From Marinilabiliales bacterium (GTDB lineage Bacteria > Bacteroidota > Bacteroidia > Bacteroidales > PUMT01), in the NCBI GenBank assembly GCA_007695015.1, contig REEN01000063.1, forward strand, positions 37,302 through 101,301: 64,000 bases of DNA, read 5' to 3'. Shown here piece by piece: positions 56,829 through 64,000 of the stretch (positions are counted from its first letter, which is position 1; each line of letters begins with the position of its first letter). Below the pieces are notes generated by a model. It saw nothing but the letters and a program-made list of their open reading frames with translations. It did no database searches and was not told the origin of the DNA. The position numbers and the translations under genes were made by a program.

Positions 56829-57812
56829 TCAGGATGGCTTGCGGGTGATGATGTCAAGAAGCCTGCTGGTCCGGGCTGCCGTAATGCCTGTACTGGGACA
56901 CTTGCCGGAGCCCAGAAGTTCATTGGTAACAGCCTGGATAAGTGGTTGCTGAACATGCGGCGGCCGCGGATTGTCAATATAAGTGACTTTACCGTCGCAT
57001 GTGAGTTCAGTCGGGGTGAAGCCGAAACATGAGAATTTAATCTTTCCCCTGTCTCCTGATATTTCTATAGTGTCTTCCCTCATATGCTCTGTTGCTGTAA
57101 AATTCCACACCCCGCTTCCGGCAACGCCGTTTTCGCATCTGAACCCGGCCGAGACAAAATCCTCGGGTTCATATAGTCCCCCGAGATTGGCGGTGTAGGA
57201 ACCGGCCTCCCCGACAGGGCCCAGAACATAATCTATGAAGTCAAGCTGATGACTGCCAAGGTCATATATATAGCCGCCTCCTGATATTTCAGGCACCACC
57301 CTCCAGGGAGGTTTTTCTTCCAGGTCTTCCCTGTAGGGTGGCTGGAAGAACCTTATCATGAAGAAACGGGGCTGTCCTATGGCTCCGGAATCGACCAGCC
57401 TTTTGATTTCCAGGAATCCCGGGAGCATTCTCCTGTAATAGGCCACAAACAGAGGTATTCCGGTCTCCTCTGACACCCTGACCATCTCAAGGCATTCGGC
57501 ATAGGTGGCAGCCATCGGTTTTTCCACATAAACAGGCTTGCCTGCCCGCATCGATTCCATTGCGTAAAGGGCATGGGAGCCGGGCGGGGTGGCTACATAC
57601 ACGGCATTGACATCAGGATCGTTGATAAGGCGGGAGGCGTCATCATACCACCTGGAAACGCCATGCCTCGCAGCATAGTCCCTGGCTTTATCCCCGTCAC
57701 GCCGCATGACTGCCACCAGCCTTGAGCCTTTGGCCCTGTAGAGGGCGGGGCCGCTCTTTACCTCGGTAACTTTACCGCAGCCAATAATTCCCCAGTTGAC
57801 GGTCTCCGGCAT
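56829..57812 (-). CDS. Gfo/Idh/MocA family oxidoreductase
   Basis: Rossmann N-terminus (VNWGIIGCGKVTE), an EKP motif (VYVEKPMA), and a length of 327 aa. Confidence 0.88.
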   Translation of the reverse strand: MPETVNWGIIGCGKVTEVKSGPALYRAKGSRLVAVMRRDGDKARDYAARHGVSRWYDDASRLINDPDVNAVYVATPPGSHALYAMESMRAGKPVYVEKPMAATYAECLEMVRVSEETGIPLFVAYYRRMLPGFLEIKRLVDSGAIGQPRFFMIRFFQPPYREDLEEKPPWRVVPEISGGGYIYDLGSHQLDFIDYVLGPVGEAGSYTANLGGLYEPEDFVSAGFRCENGVAGSGVWNFTATEHMREDTIEISGDRGKIKFSCFGFTPTELTCDGKVTYIDNPRPPHVQQPLIQAVTNELLGSGKCPSTGITAARTSRLLDIITRKPS

Positions 57813-57880
57813 CGCTTCAAATTTTGATCATGCAATTTAGTGAATTTTAGTTATGCCGGCTGAAACTGCTGCCAATCTGG

Positions 57881-58246
57881 TCATGTGTTCCCGCAGCAAC
57901 CGGACTGCTGTCCGGTCTCACCGTCCGCATCTTCGCCAGACCTCTCCTTTTCCTCCTCAACAGGCTCAGCTTTATAGCCCAGGTCGATCAGTGCCTTCTG
58001 CAGCTTTTCCGGATCTGTCCGCCTGCTGTTGTAACGCACGGTAACGATGTTTTTCTCCAGATCGAGAAGAGCATGTCTTACACCGCGTTCAAAGGTGAAC
58101 ATCTCTTCGATGGCATGCTTGCAGTTAATGCAGTCGGCCGACGTTTTGAAGCTAACCTCTTCGGTTGATCTCAGCTGCGACCATGCCGCTGTTGATACTA
58201 GCAGCATGATTGCTGCAAACGGTATTATCCTTGAAATCGTTCTCAT
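57881..58246 (-). CDS. secreted heavy-metal-associated (HMA) domain protein
   Basis: Signal peptide (AAIMLLVSTAAWSQ) and a ferredoxin-like HMA layout with CxxC (ADCINCKHAIE). An acidic linker and a C-terminal GCCGNT follow. It lies 37 nt downstream of the TonB receptor. Confidence 0.8.
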   Translation of the reverse strand: MRTISRIIPFAAIMLLVSTAAWSQLRSTEEVSFKTSADCINCKHAIEEMFTFERGVRHALLDLEKNIVTVRYNSRRTDPEKLQKALIDLGYKAEPVEEEKERSGEDADGETGQQSGCCGNT

Positions 58247-58283
58247 GTGTATTAAGATTTTAGAAGTTAATATTATACAATTA

Positions 58284-60587
58284 TCAGTTAAAAGTGTACC
58301 TTATTCCTGCATAAAATTTTCTTCCCATAAAGGGCCCCCAGATAAGGGATGAATCGAAATGCCTTCCGAACGGATCGTCGGCGGCAATTATCGGGTTATG
58401 CATCTTGAAATTTGTCAGGTTTTCCCCGCCAACGTATATATCCATATTCCTGAACCTGCGGGTGACCTGCGCATACATAATGTAATATACCGGTGAATAT
58501 TCGGGGCGCCTGTATTGCTCAGGATTCTGGCTTGTATCGGGTATCCGGCTGGGACCGTTGAGCTGGTTTGTGATGTCAAACTTCCATTTATCAAAACGGG
58601 TAGCATAGGAGAGGGTCAGCAGACCCTTGTACCTGCCGGTGAGCGGACTCTCCATAAGCTCACCGTTGATAGTTGTCCATACATCATCTATCCTGAAGGC
58701 TGAAAAGATCTCAGCGCCTTCAAAAGGCTGAATCGTAAGGTCGGTCTGGAACGAATTGGACCAGGATCTGCCGTCCAGGTTGTAAAAGACAATCCTGTTG
58801 ACGTCCTGGTCGATATCGGCTATAACCTGATTGATAAAATCGGTCCTGTAAAAATCGGCGCTCCAGGTTATGTTTCTTTCCCCGTCAAGGGGAAAAACAT
58901 GTGTATAGTTAACTCCGTAGTTCCAGGCCTCCTCGGCCCTGAATTCCTCGGCAAAAACCATCTGCCGGGAGCTGGCAAAGATAGATGAGTGCTCTGAGAA
59001 GACATTGGCTGTACGGTAGCCCTTGCCTACCGATCCCCTGAGCGTCCCGTTCTCCACAACATGATAGCGGAAATGCATCCTTGGTGTTATGAACCAGTCG
59101 TGTATGCTGTGATGGTCAGCACGAAGTCCGAGAATCATTGTGAAAACCTCCGGCCACGTGTATGTGTACTCGCCGAATACCCCGGGTACCGACTCGGTGC
59201 GCCTCATAAGCAGGTCATTGAACTGCTCGTCATACTCATCGAGCTGGTAGCTTATTCCGGTGTTGATACGGTGGTTTGTGTTACCCAGTAACGACTGGTA
59301 AACAATGTTTGAGTAGAGGCTTTTCTGTTCGCCCGAATATTCGTTAAGTCCGAAATACGATTCCTGGTCGTAAAGGGTGCCTACGGCCATAAACCCTATG
59401 CTGGACTGCAGGGTTCCCGGCAGGAAGAAACCCGCTTTCATGAATCCCTGGAGCCTGGTGGTCCTGATCTCAGTTCCGTAGGCATTGGTCGTACCCCTGT
59501 CGGACGACCTGTCATAGAAGGTTTGTCCGCCAAACTTATTGTCGCCCAGCACATGCAGTCCGAACTGTACATGCCTCCTGTCCTCTACCTCATGATTCCA
59601 CCTGTTCATGAAATTTACCTGGGTTCCCAGCGGTACATCAAGAAATGTATTGTTATTGTGGTCTATCTTCATCTGCTGGGTTGAGACATGCCCCAGAAGC
59701 ATGGTGCTCCAGGTGTCGTTTATCTCATGGGCCGCGTTCATATTGGCCTCAAGACGGCCCTCATTGCTGGCGAACAGGTTGAGGAACAGGCTCTCTGACC
59801 GCTGCGGCTTTTTGTATTCGACATTTATCTGGCCCGTTGTCGATTCATAGCCGTTGAGCACCGAGGCGGTTCCCTTTGAGATCTGGATCGACTCCATCCA
59901 GGTGCCGGGTATATATGTCAGGCCATAAGCCGATGACAGTCCCCTGATACCGGGAAGGTTCTCGAACATGAGCTGCGAATATACGCCTGCAAGTCCAAGC
60001 ATCTGAATGCGCCTGGCACCCGATATGGCGTCGGAATAACCTACATCGACGGTTGCCGTGTTTTCGAAGCTCTCTGAAAGGTTACAGCATGCAAGGCTTT
60101 GAAGTCCGGTAATCGTTATAACCTCCGTTTTTGACGGCTCAATGGCAGAGATGAAACTGCCCCCCATCCTGCGGCGGACGGTAACCTCTTCAAGCTGCAC
60201 GTTTTCTGTAAGGAGTATCTCAACATGCGTTTTGCCCGGTGGTATTGCCAGTGTATCGGGGGTATAGCCTGTAAAGCTTACCACCAGGTAGAGGGTTTCG
60301 TTGGTATGGGGTTTATGGAGGTCAAATTTGCCATTCTCATCGCTTGTTACGCCCATCGTGGTGCCGGCCCAGTAAAGCGAGGCATAGGGAAGGGTTTGTA
60401 TCTCCTGCCTGCCGTTAACGTCGACGGTGGCGCTGACCACTCCCCTCAGGTGTTCGTGTACTGTTACGACATTGTTTTCATAGCCTGCCATGGCCGTTGA
60501 GGGGTAATTTGCACCGGCATGGAGTGAAGCCGACATGATTACCGCGCCCAGCAATGGTATAATGTTTTTGTTAAATTGTTTATACAT
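58284..60587 (-). CDS. TonB-dependent receptor with N-terminal carboxypeptidase-regulatory-like domain
   Basis: Signal peptide, a CarboxypepD_reg-like segment (GVVSATVDVNGRQ...GVTSDENGKFDL) and a plug with the LACCNLSESFEN motif. A 22-strand-scale beta-barrel of about 550 aa follows. Confidence 0.9.
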   Translation of the reverse strand: MYKQFNKNIIPLLGAVIMSASLHAGANYPSTAMAGYENNVVTVHEHLRGVVSATVDVNGRQEIQTLPYASLYWAGTTMGVTSDENGKFDLHKPHTNETLYLVVSFTGYTPDTLAIPPGKTHVEILLTENVQLEEVTVRRRMGGSFISAIEPSKTEVITITGLQSLACCNLSESFENTATVDVGYSDAISGARRIQMLGLAGVYSQLMFENLPGIRGLSSAYGLTYIPGTWMESIQISKGTASVLNGYESTTGQINVEYKKPQRSESLFLNLFASNEGRLEANMNAAHEINDTWSTMLLGHVSTQQMKIDHNNNTFLDVPLGTQVNFMNRWNHEVEDRRHVQFGLHVLGDNKFGGQTFYDRSSDRGTTNAYGTEIRTTRLQGFMKAGFFLPGTLQSSIGFMAVGTLYDQESYFGLNEYSGEQKSLYSNIVYQSLLGNTNHRINTGISYQLDEYDEQFNDLLMRRTESVPGVFGEYTYTWPEVFTMILGLRADHHSIHDWFITPRMHFRYHVVENGTLRGSVGKGYRTANVFSEHSSIFASSRQMVFAEEFRAEEAWNYGVNYTHVFPLDGERNITWSADFYRTDFINQVIADIDQDVNRIVFYNLDGRSWSNSFQTDLTIQPFEGAEIFSAFRIDDVWTTINGELMESPLTGRYKGLLTLSYATRFDKWKFDITNQLNGPSRIPDTSQNPEQYRRPEYSPVYYIMYAQVTRRFRNMDIYVGGENLTNFKMHNPIIAADDPFGRHFDSSLIWGPFMGRKFYAGIRYTFN

Positions 60588-60671
60588 GACTTGCTTAATT
60601 TGAATGATACATAATCACAATATGACGTGCATTATTATAAATGCATGCCAGAACCGTTCAAAAAAGCAGTG

Positions 60672-61181
60672 TCATAAAATGAGTACACGGTGGAACAGGG
60701 AGAGGTTCCATCCGTACATCCCCGGGGGCGGGTCTCTGAAGGAAGTCGTTTTTTTTGCCCTGACCGGAGCCGGCTCAAATGCCAGTTCGTTTCCAAAGAC
60801 AGGGCAGACACTAATGTTATCAGCAGTTGTTAAGGGCTGGTCTGTTTTGATAAAATGATCTTCAACAGCAATGAACAGGACGGTATTTGAACAGCACTCA
60901 GCCATTCCATCGGGTGCAGTGCAGTTATCAGCGCAGTCAGAATGCATACCGGAATGTCCTCTTGGGGTGGCGGATTGCTCATCGCTGCTTGCACAGCAGC
61001 CGCTATCACTGTTATCAATGGCGTGATGATCACAGGGCTCCTCGGTAAGGAGCGTAAAGAAAAAAAGATCGGTTATGTTTTCGGAGTGGCAGTGATGAAC
61101 GGTAAGGTAAACGCCTGAAGAAGAGATAATGAATATTATCCCCACTGCAGCAAGAGCGATATGTCTTAAAACTCCGTACAT
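60672..61181 (-). CDS. Cys/His-rich membrane-anchored protein (resembles the 'HYC_CC_PP' small-protein family as I recall it)
   Basis: 169 aa with an N-terminal TM helix, then in order HHCH, CDHH, GCC, DCADNC, ECC and PPPG. It contains 9 Cys and 10 His. It is the first gene of the TBDR/HMA operon. Confidence 0.6.
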   Translation of the reverse strand: MYGVLRHIALAAVGIIFIISSSGVYLTVHHCHSENITDLFFFTLLTEEPCDHHAIDNSDSGCCASSDEQSATPRGHSGMHSDCADNCTAPDGMAECCSNTVLFIAVEDHFIKTDQPLTTADNISVCPVFGNELAFEPAPVRAKKTTSFRDPPPGMYGWNLSLFHRVLIL

Positions 61182-61214
61182 ATTATATCCAACCTTTACT
61201 TAACCTTAATTATA

Positions 61215-61222
61215 CAAAAATA
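61215..61222 (-). promoter_or_regulatory. Bacteroidota -7 promoter-like motif upstream of the Cys/His-rich gene
   Basis: The minus strand reads TATTTTTG, 34 nt upstream of the ATG at 61181. Confidence 0.3.
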
Positions 61223-61347
61223 ATTTGTAATTGTTCTAAACAAAATTTTTTTGGAATATTTTAACAATTTAATGGGTTCATGAGGCCAGACAGCCGCATG
61301 AGCGGAACCCCCCAGGATGATGTCAATTCCCATGCGCGCGTCAATGT

Positions 61348-61521
61348 ACCCGGCATGAGCCGATTTGGCAGCCTGACCCGGCATGAGCTGATCCGGCAGC
61401 CTGACCCGGCATGAGCCGATTTGGCATCCTGACCCGGCATGAGCTGATTTGGCAGCCTGACCCGGCATGAGCCGATTTGGCATCCTGACCCGGCATGAGC
61501 TGATCCGGCAGCCTGACCCGG
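61348..61521. repeat. 28-bp GC-rich tandem repeat, 6 full copies plus a 6-bp partial copy
   Basis: The unit is ACCCGGCATGAGC[C/T]GAT[TT/CC]GGCA[G/T]CCTG. Copies start at 61348, 61376, 61404, 61432, 61460 and 61488. Position 14 alternates C,T,C,T,C,T, which gives a 56-bp higher-order period. The array starts 2 nt (61522-61523) beyond the last base of the ispD stop codon (61526-61524, minus strand). Confidence 0.92.
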
Positions 61522-61525
61522 TCAC

Positions 61526-62194
61526 TCAGCATGCCTCTATTATTGCCGAGGCAATGCACATGTCAAGAGTTGTGGTGATCTTTATATTATCCGGCTGCCC
61601 CTTTACCAGGTGTATTTTGTGGCCGGCTCTTTCCACAAGAGTTGCCTCGTCGGTAAATACCGGATCGTAATCCTGCCTGAAAGCCTCAATCAGCAAATCT
61701 GAGCTGAATACCTGCGGTGTCTGTACCATCCTGAACAGTGAGCGGTCGACCCTGAAATTACTGTCGCCTTCAATACGGCGGATCGAATCGGACAGCCCGG
61801 TCGCCGGAACGGCATTGCCCAGAACAGAGGCGGTATCGAAACAGGTGCGAATAAGGGCCTGGCTTACAAGGGGTCTGACGCCGTCATGTATTGCAACCAG
61901 CATACCAGGCTTTATTCTGTTAATTGCATTTTTAACCGAATGGTGCCTGGTCTCTCCGCCCTCCACTATCGTGTGTGGTATGCTGAACCCCTGTTTCCGG
62001 CAAAGGGTCTCCCAGTACTTTACCTGGTCGGCCGGCAAAACGACCACTATCTCCATCCCGGGACTGAAACTGTTAAATGCCCGTATTGTCCTCATCAGGA
62101 CAGGCTCGTCATTCAGCAGGAGAAACTGTTTCGGTATTTCGGTATTCATCCGTGTACCGGATCCTCCTGCCACTATGATGGTCATCTGTTCCAT
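61526..62194 (-). CDS. ispD: 2-C-methyl-D-erythritol 4-phosphate cytidylyltransferase
   Basis: The start is taken at the ATG at 62194 (MEQMTIIVAGGSGTRM). IspD blocks VAIHDGVRP and VQTPQVF are present. The ORF-track extension to 62275 is unnecessary. Confidence 0.9.
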   Translation of the reverse strand: MEQMTIIVAGGSGTRMNTEIPKQFLLLNDEPVLMRTIRAFNSFSPGMEIVVVLPADQVKYWETLCRKQGFSIPHTIVEGGETRHHSVKNAINRIKPGMLVAIHDGVRPLVSQALIRTCFDTASVLGNAVPATGLSDSIRRIEGDSNFRVDRSLFRMVQTPQVFSSDLLIEAFRQDYDPVFTDEATLVERAGHKIHLVKGQPDNIKITTTLDMCIASAIIEAC

Positions 62195-62364
62195 AATCTG
62201 TTTTTCCGCCCCAAAATTTAATCTTCCGCCACTTGAATTGGGCATGTGGGCTTGTGGTCTTGTAAAAATACGCAATAGTTTAAAAATCCTGAATTTTTTA
62301 ATGCCGTCATGTAACTAATTTTCCAGACGGTCGTCTCATATTCAGGAACCGAAAAGAAGGAGTT

Positions 62365-62568
62365 ATGGGAACGCTTGACAGATTGATAAACCACCAGGAG
62401 GAGAAAATCGACCATCTGATGCAACTGAGGCGCCAGTATGCAGGCGGAGCAACGGATGATTTACCTGAAAGGGCCATAGCCCATCCTGCCAATATCGATC
62501 ATGATATTGAAAAGGCCTACGAAGAGCTTACGATATACAAGATCAGGAAAATGATGGGACACTGTTAA
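62365..62568 (+). CDS. small hypothetical protein (67 aa)
   Basis: ATG-initiated ORF with hydrophilic, helix-prone composition. AAGGAG lies only 2 nt upstream of the ATG. I recognise no homology, and its coding status is uncertain. Confidence 0.3.
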   Translation: MGTLDRLINHQEEKIDHLMQLRRQYAGGATDDLPERAIAHPANIDHDIEKAYEELTIYKIRKMMGHC

Positions 62569-62662
62569 GGGTCACCTTTCGCGGGTCATATAAAGAAAAT
62601 TTCTATATTGCGGGAATATTTTAAGAAATGCATTGATTGCAAACCTTAACAATATTTCTGCT

Positions 62663-64000
62663 ATGGATACCAGTAACCTCAGCCGCCTTATCGGGCAGCT
62701 CCCGAAGATCGGCATAAGACCGGCAATTGACGGCAGACGCAAAGGAGTAAGAGAATCCCTCGAAAAGCAGACAATGGATATGGCGCAAAGGGCGAAGACC
62801 CTGATTGAATCTGCTCTTCGTCACTCAGATGGCTCCGCGGTTGAGTGCGTCATTGCCGATACTTGCATCGGCGGTGTTGCCGAAGCGGCCGCATGCGCCG
62901 ACAAGTTCGCGGCAATGGGAGTGGGGGTTTCGCTCACTGTCACGCCCTGCTGGTGCTACGGCAGCGAGACTATGGATATGGACCCTCACATCCCTAAGGC
63001 AGTATGGGGGTTTAACGGGACAGAGAGGCCAGGCGCGGTCTACCTTGCGGCCGTTCTGGCAGCACATAACCAGAAGGGGCTTCCTGCATTTGGCATTTAC
63101 GGCCGGGATGTGCAGGACAGCAACGATGAGTCTATACCGGCCGATGTGGAAGAAAAGATACTGCGCTTTGCCAGGGCCGGACTGGCGGCAGCGACAATGC
63201 GGGGCAAGTCTTACCTTTCTATGGGGTCGGTCTCCATGGGAATTGCCGGTTCGATCGTCGACGCGCCGTTTTTCGAGAAGTACCTTGGCATGAGGTGCGA
63301 GTATGCCGATATGACCGAGTTCGTGCGGCGCATTAATGAAAGGATATACGACCAGCAGGAGTATGAACGGGCCCTTGCATGGGTAAGGGAGAACTGCCCG
63401 GAGGGAGATGACCGTAACCCGCCCGGTAAGCAGCGAAGCCGTTCGCAGAAGGAAGCCGACTGGCAGTTTGTTGTCAAGATGGCACTAATAGCGCGCGACA
63501 TGATGGTTGGCAATCCCAGGCTGGAAGAGGCGGGATACGGCGAGGAGGCACTGGGCCACAACGCCATCGCTGCCGGCTTCCAGGGCCAGAGACAATGGAC
63601 AGACCATTTGCCGAACGGCGACTTCATGGAAGCCATACTCTGCTCGTCGTTCGACTGGAACGGGATCAGGCAGCCTTACATGCTTGCTACGGAGAACGAC
63701 GCCCTCAACGGCGTTTCCATGCTGTTCGGCCATCTGCTCACAGGCTCGGCACAGGTCTTTTCCGATGTAAGGACCTACTGGAGCCCCGATGCGGTAAAGC
63801 GGGTTACCGGCCATTTGCCCGGGGGGATAGCATCGGGCGGCTTTATACACCTTATCAATTCGGGTCCTTCAGCCCTTGACGGCACAGGTCAGCAGACCAT
63901 TGACGGCAAACCTGCAATGAAGCCGTGGTGGGAAATCACACCTGAAGAGGCGCGACTGTGCCTTGAAAACACTACCTGGGGCCCCGCCACGACCGAATAC
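62663..64000 (+). CDS. fucI: L-fucose isomerase (3'-truncated by window end)
   Basis: The frame is open from the ATG at 62663 to the window end (446 codons), so the ORF track lacks it. The translation aligns by eye with E. coli FucI over its length: [103 protein letters not shown]. Confidence 0.95.
   Translation, partial: MDTSNLSRLIGQLPKIGIRPAIDGRRKGVRESLEKQTMDMAQRAKTLIESALRHSDGSAVECVIADTCIGGVAEAAACADKFAAMGVGVSLTVTPCWCYGSETMDMDPHIPKAVWGFNGTERPGAVYLAAVLAAHNQKGLPAFGIYGRDVQDSNDESIPADVEEKILRFARAGLAAATMRGKSYLSMGSVSMGIAGSIVDAPFFEKYLGMRCEYADMTEFVRRINERIYDQQEYERALAWVRENCPEGDDRNPPGKQRSRSQKEADWQFVVKMALIARDMMVGNPRLEEAGYGEEALGHNAIAAGFQGQRQWTDHLPNGDFMEAILCSSFDWNGIRQPYMLATENDALNGVSMLFGHLLTGSAQVFSDVRTYWSPDAVKRVTGHLPGGIASGGFIHLINSGPSALDGTGQQTIDGKPAMKPWWEITPEEARLCLENTTWGPATTEY

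Noticed and set aside
61348-61521. Possible CRISPR array
   Set aside because: The units are directly abutting with no unique spacers. Only 4 variable positions exist per unit, and there are no cas genes in the window. It is a tandem minisatellite, not a CRISPR array.
61196-61559. Two ORFs (109 aa and 72 aa) with repetitive peptides (…MPGQAAKSAHAGSGCQIGSCRVR…) across the tandem repeat
   Set aside because: They are produced by translating a 28-bp tandem repeat. The period is not a multiple of 3, so the 'protein repeat' is just the three frames cycling. The composition is implausible and there is no start context.
61815-62318. 167-aa plus-strand ORF
   Set aside because: It is antisense to ispD (IIVAGGSGTRM, VQTPQVF).
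62805-63879. Five ORF-track entries (62805..63293+, 62825..63067-, 63211..63636-, 63485..63850-, 63507..63770+, 63595..63879+ region)
   Set aside because: All lie inside the fucI reading frame (62663 to the window end), which matches E. coli FucI block by block. They are shadow frames in GC-rich coding sequence.
1-64000. Mobile elements, prophage, defence islands, toxin-antitoxin pairs, tRNA or rRNA genes
   Set aside because: I saw no integrase, transposase, recombinase, phage structural, restriction-modification or cas-like proteins in any ORF. No cloverleaf-like or rRNA-like sequences appear in the intergenic regions I read. Absence is judged by eye only; tRNAscan, Infernal and defence-finder runs would be needed to be sure.

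Overview
This window reads as one contiguous chromosomal segment of a Bacteroidota-type genome. That placement is inferred from a CarboxypepD_reg-type TonB receptor, PorT-like beta-barrel proteins, many lipobox lipoproteins, TAnnTTTG promoter-like motifs and near absence of Shine-Dalgarno sequences. I support about 55 protein-coding genes, nearly all intact and mostly housekeeping.

Gene content in order:
- Cell shape and nearby: (mreC tail)-mreD-mrdA-rodA, acpH, a COG2403-like P-loop protein, rsgA.
- Signalling and envelope: a 941-aa hybrid sensor kinase, an orphan 237-aa protein, U32 peptidase, an orphan histidine kinase, an AsmA-like protein, pepE, a ThiF/MoeB-like enzyme, and an ECF sigma/anti-sigma/OMP operon.
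- Glycan and modification: GH29 fucosidase with an oxidoreductase lipoprotein, GT2 with GNAT, a PflX-like radical SAM protein, S41 protease, ArsR, polyprenyl synthase.
- A minus-strand string ybeY-mnmG-ade-uvrC with an RsbW-like kinase, then a TPR / DUF4292-like / degenerate-M23 (EnvC-like) trio.
- dut, flippase, CDF, cyclophilin, pheS, Crp/Fnr, ruvB, rpiB, hemW, dnaG, cobB, comF and two uncharacterised OMPs.
- A Cys/His-rich protein + TonB receptor + HMA protein operon, ispD, and a 3'-truncated fucI that the ORF track misses because it runs off the window.

I found no rRNA or tRNA genes, no CRISPR array, and no transposase, integrase or phage genes. I cannot demonstrate a novel system from sequence alone. 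The candidates most worth a second look are:
1. The three-gene Cys/His-rich/TBDR/HMA putative metal operon, with a 28-bp GC-rich tandem repeat just upstream of it.
2. A radical SAM enzyme carrying a twin-arginine/lipobox-like N-terminus.
3. A near-identical 16-18 bp palindrome occurring once on each side of mnmG.
4. The hybrid kinase with tandem receivers and its orphan neighbour.
5. A GC-rich direct repeat upstream of that kinase.
6. Marked compositional heterogeneity along the contig.

Functional names come from motifs I recognised by eye. No database search was run.
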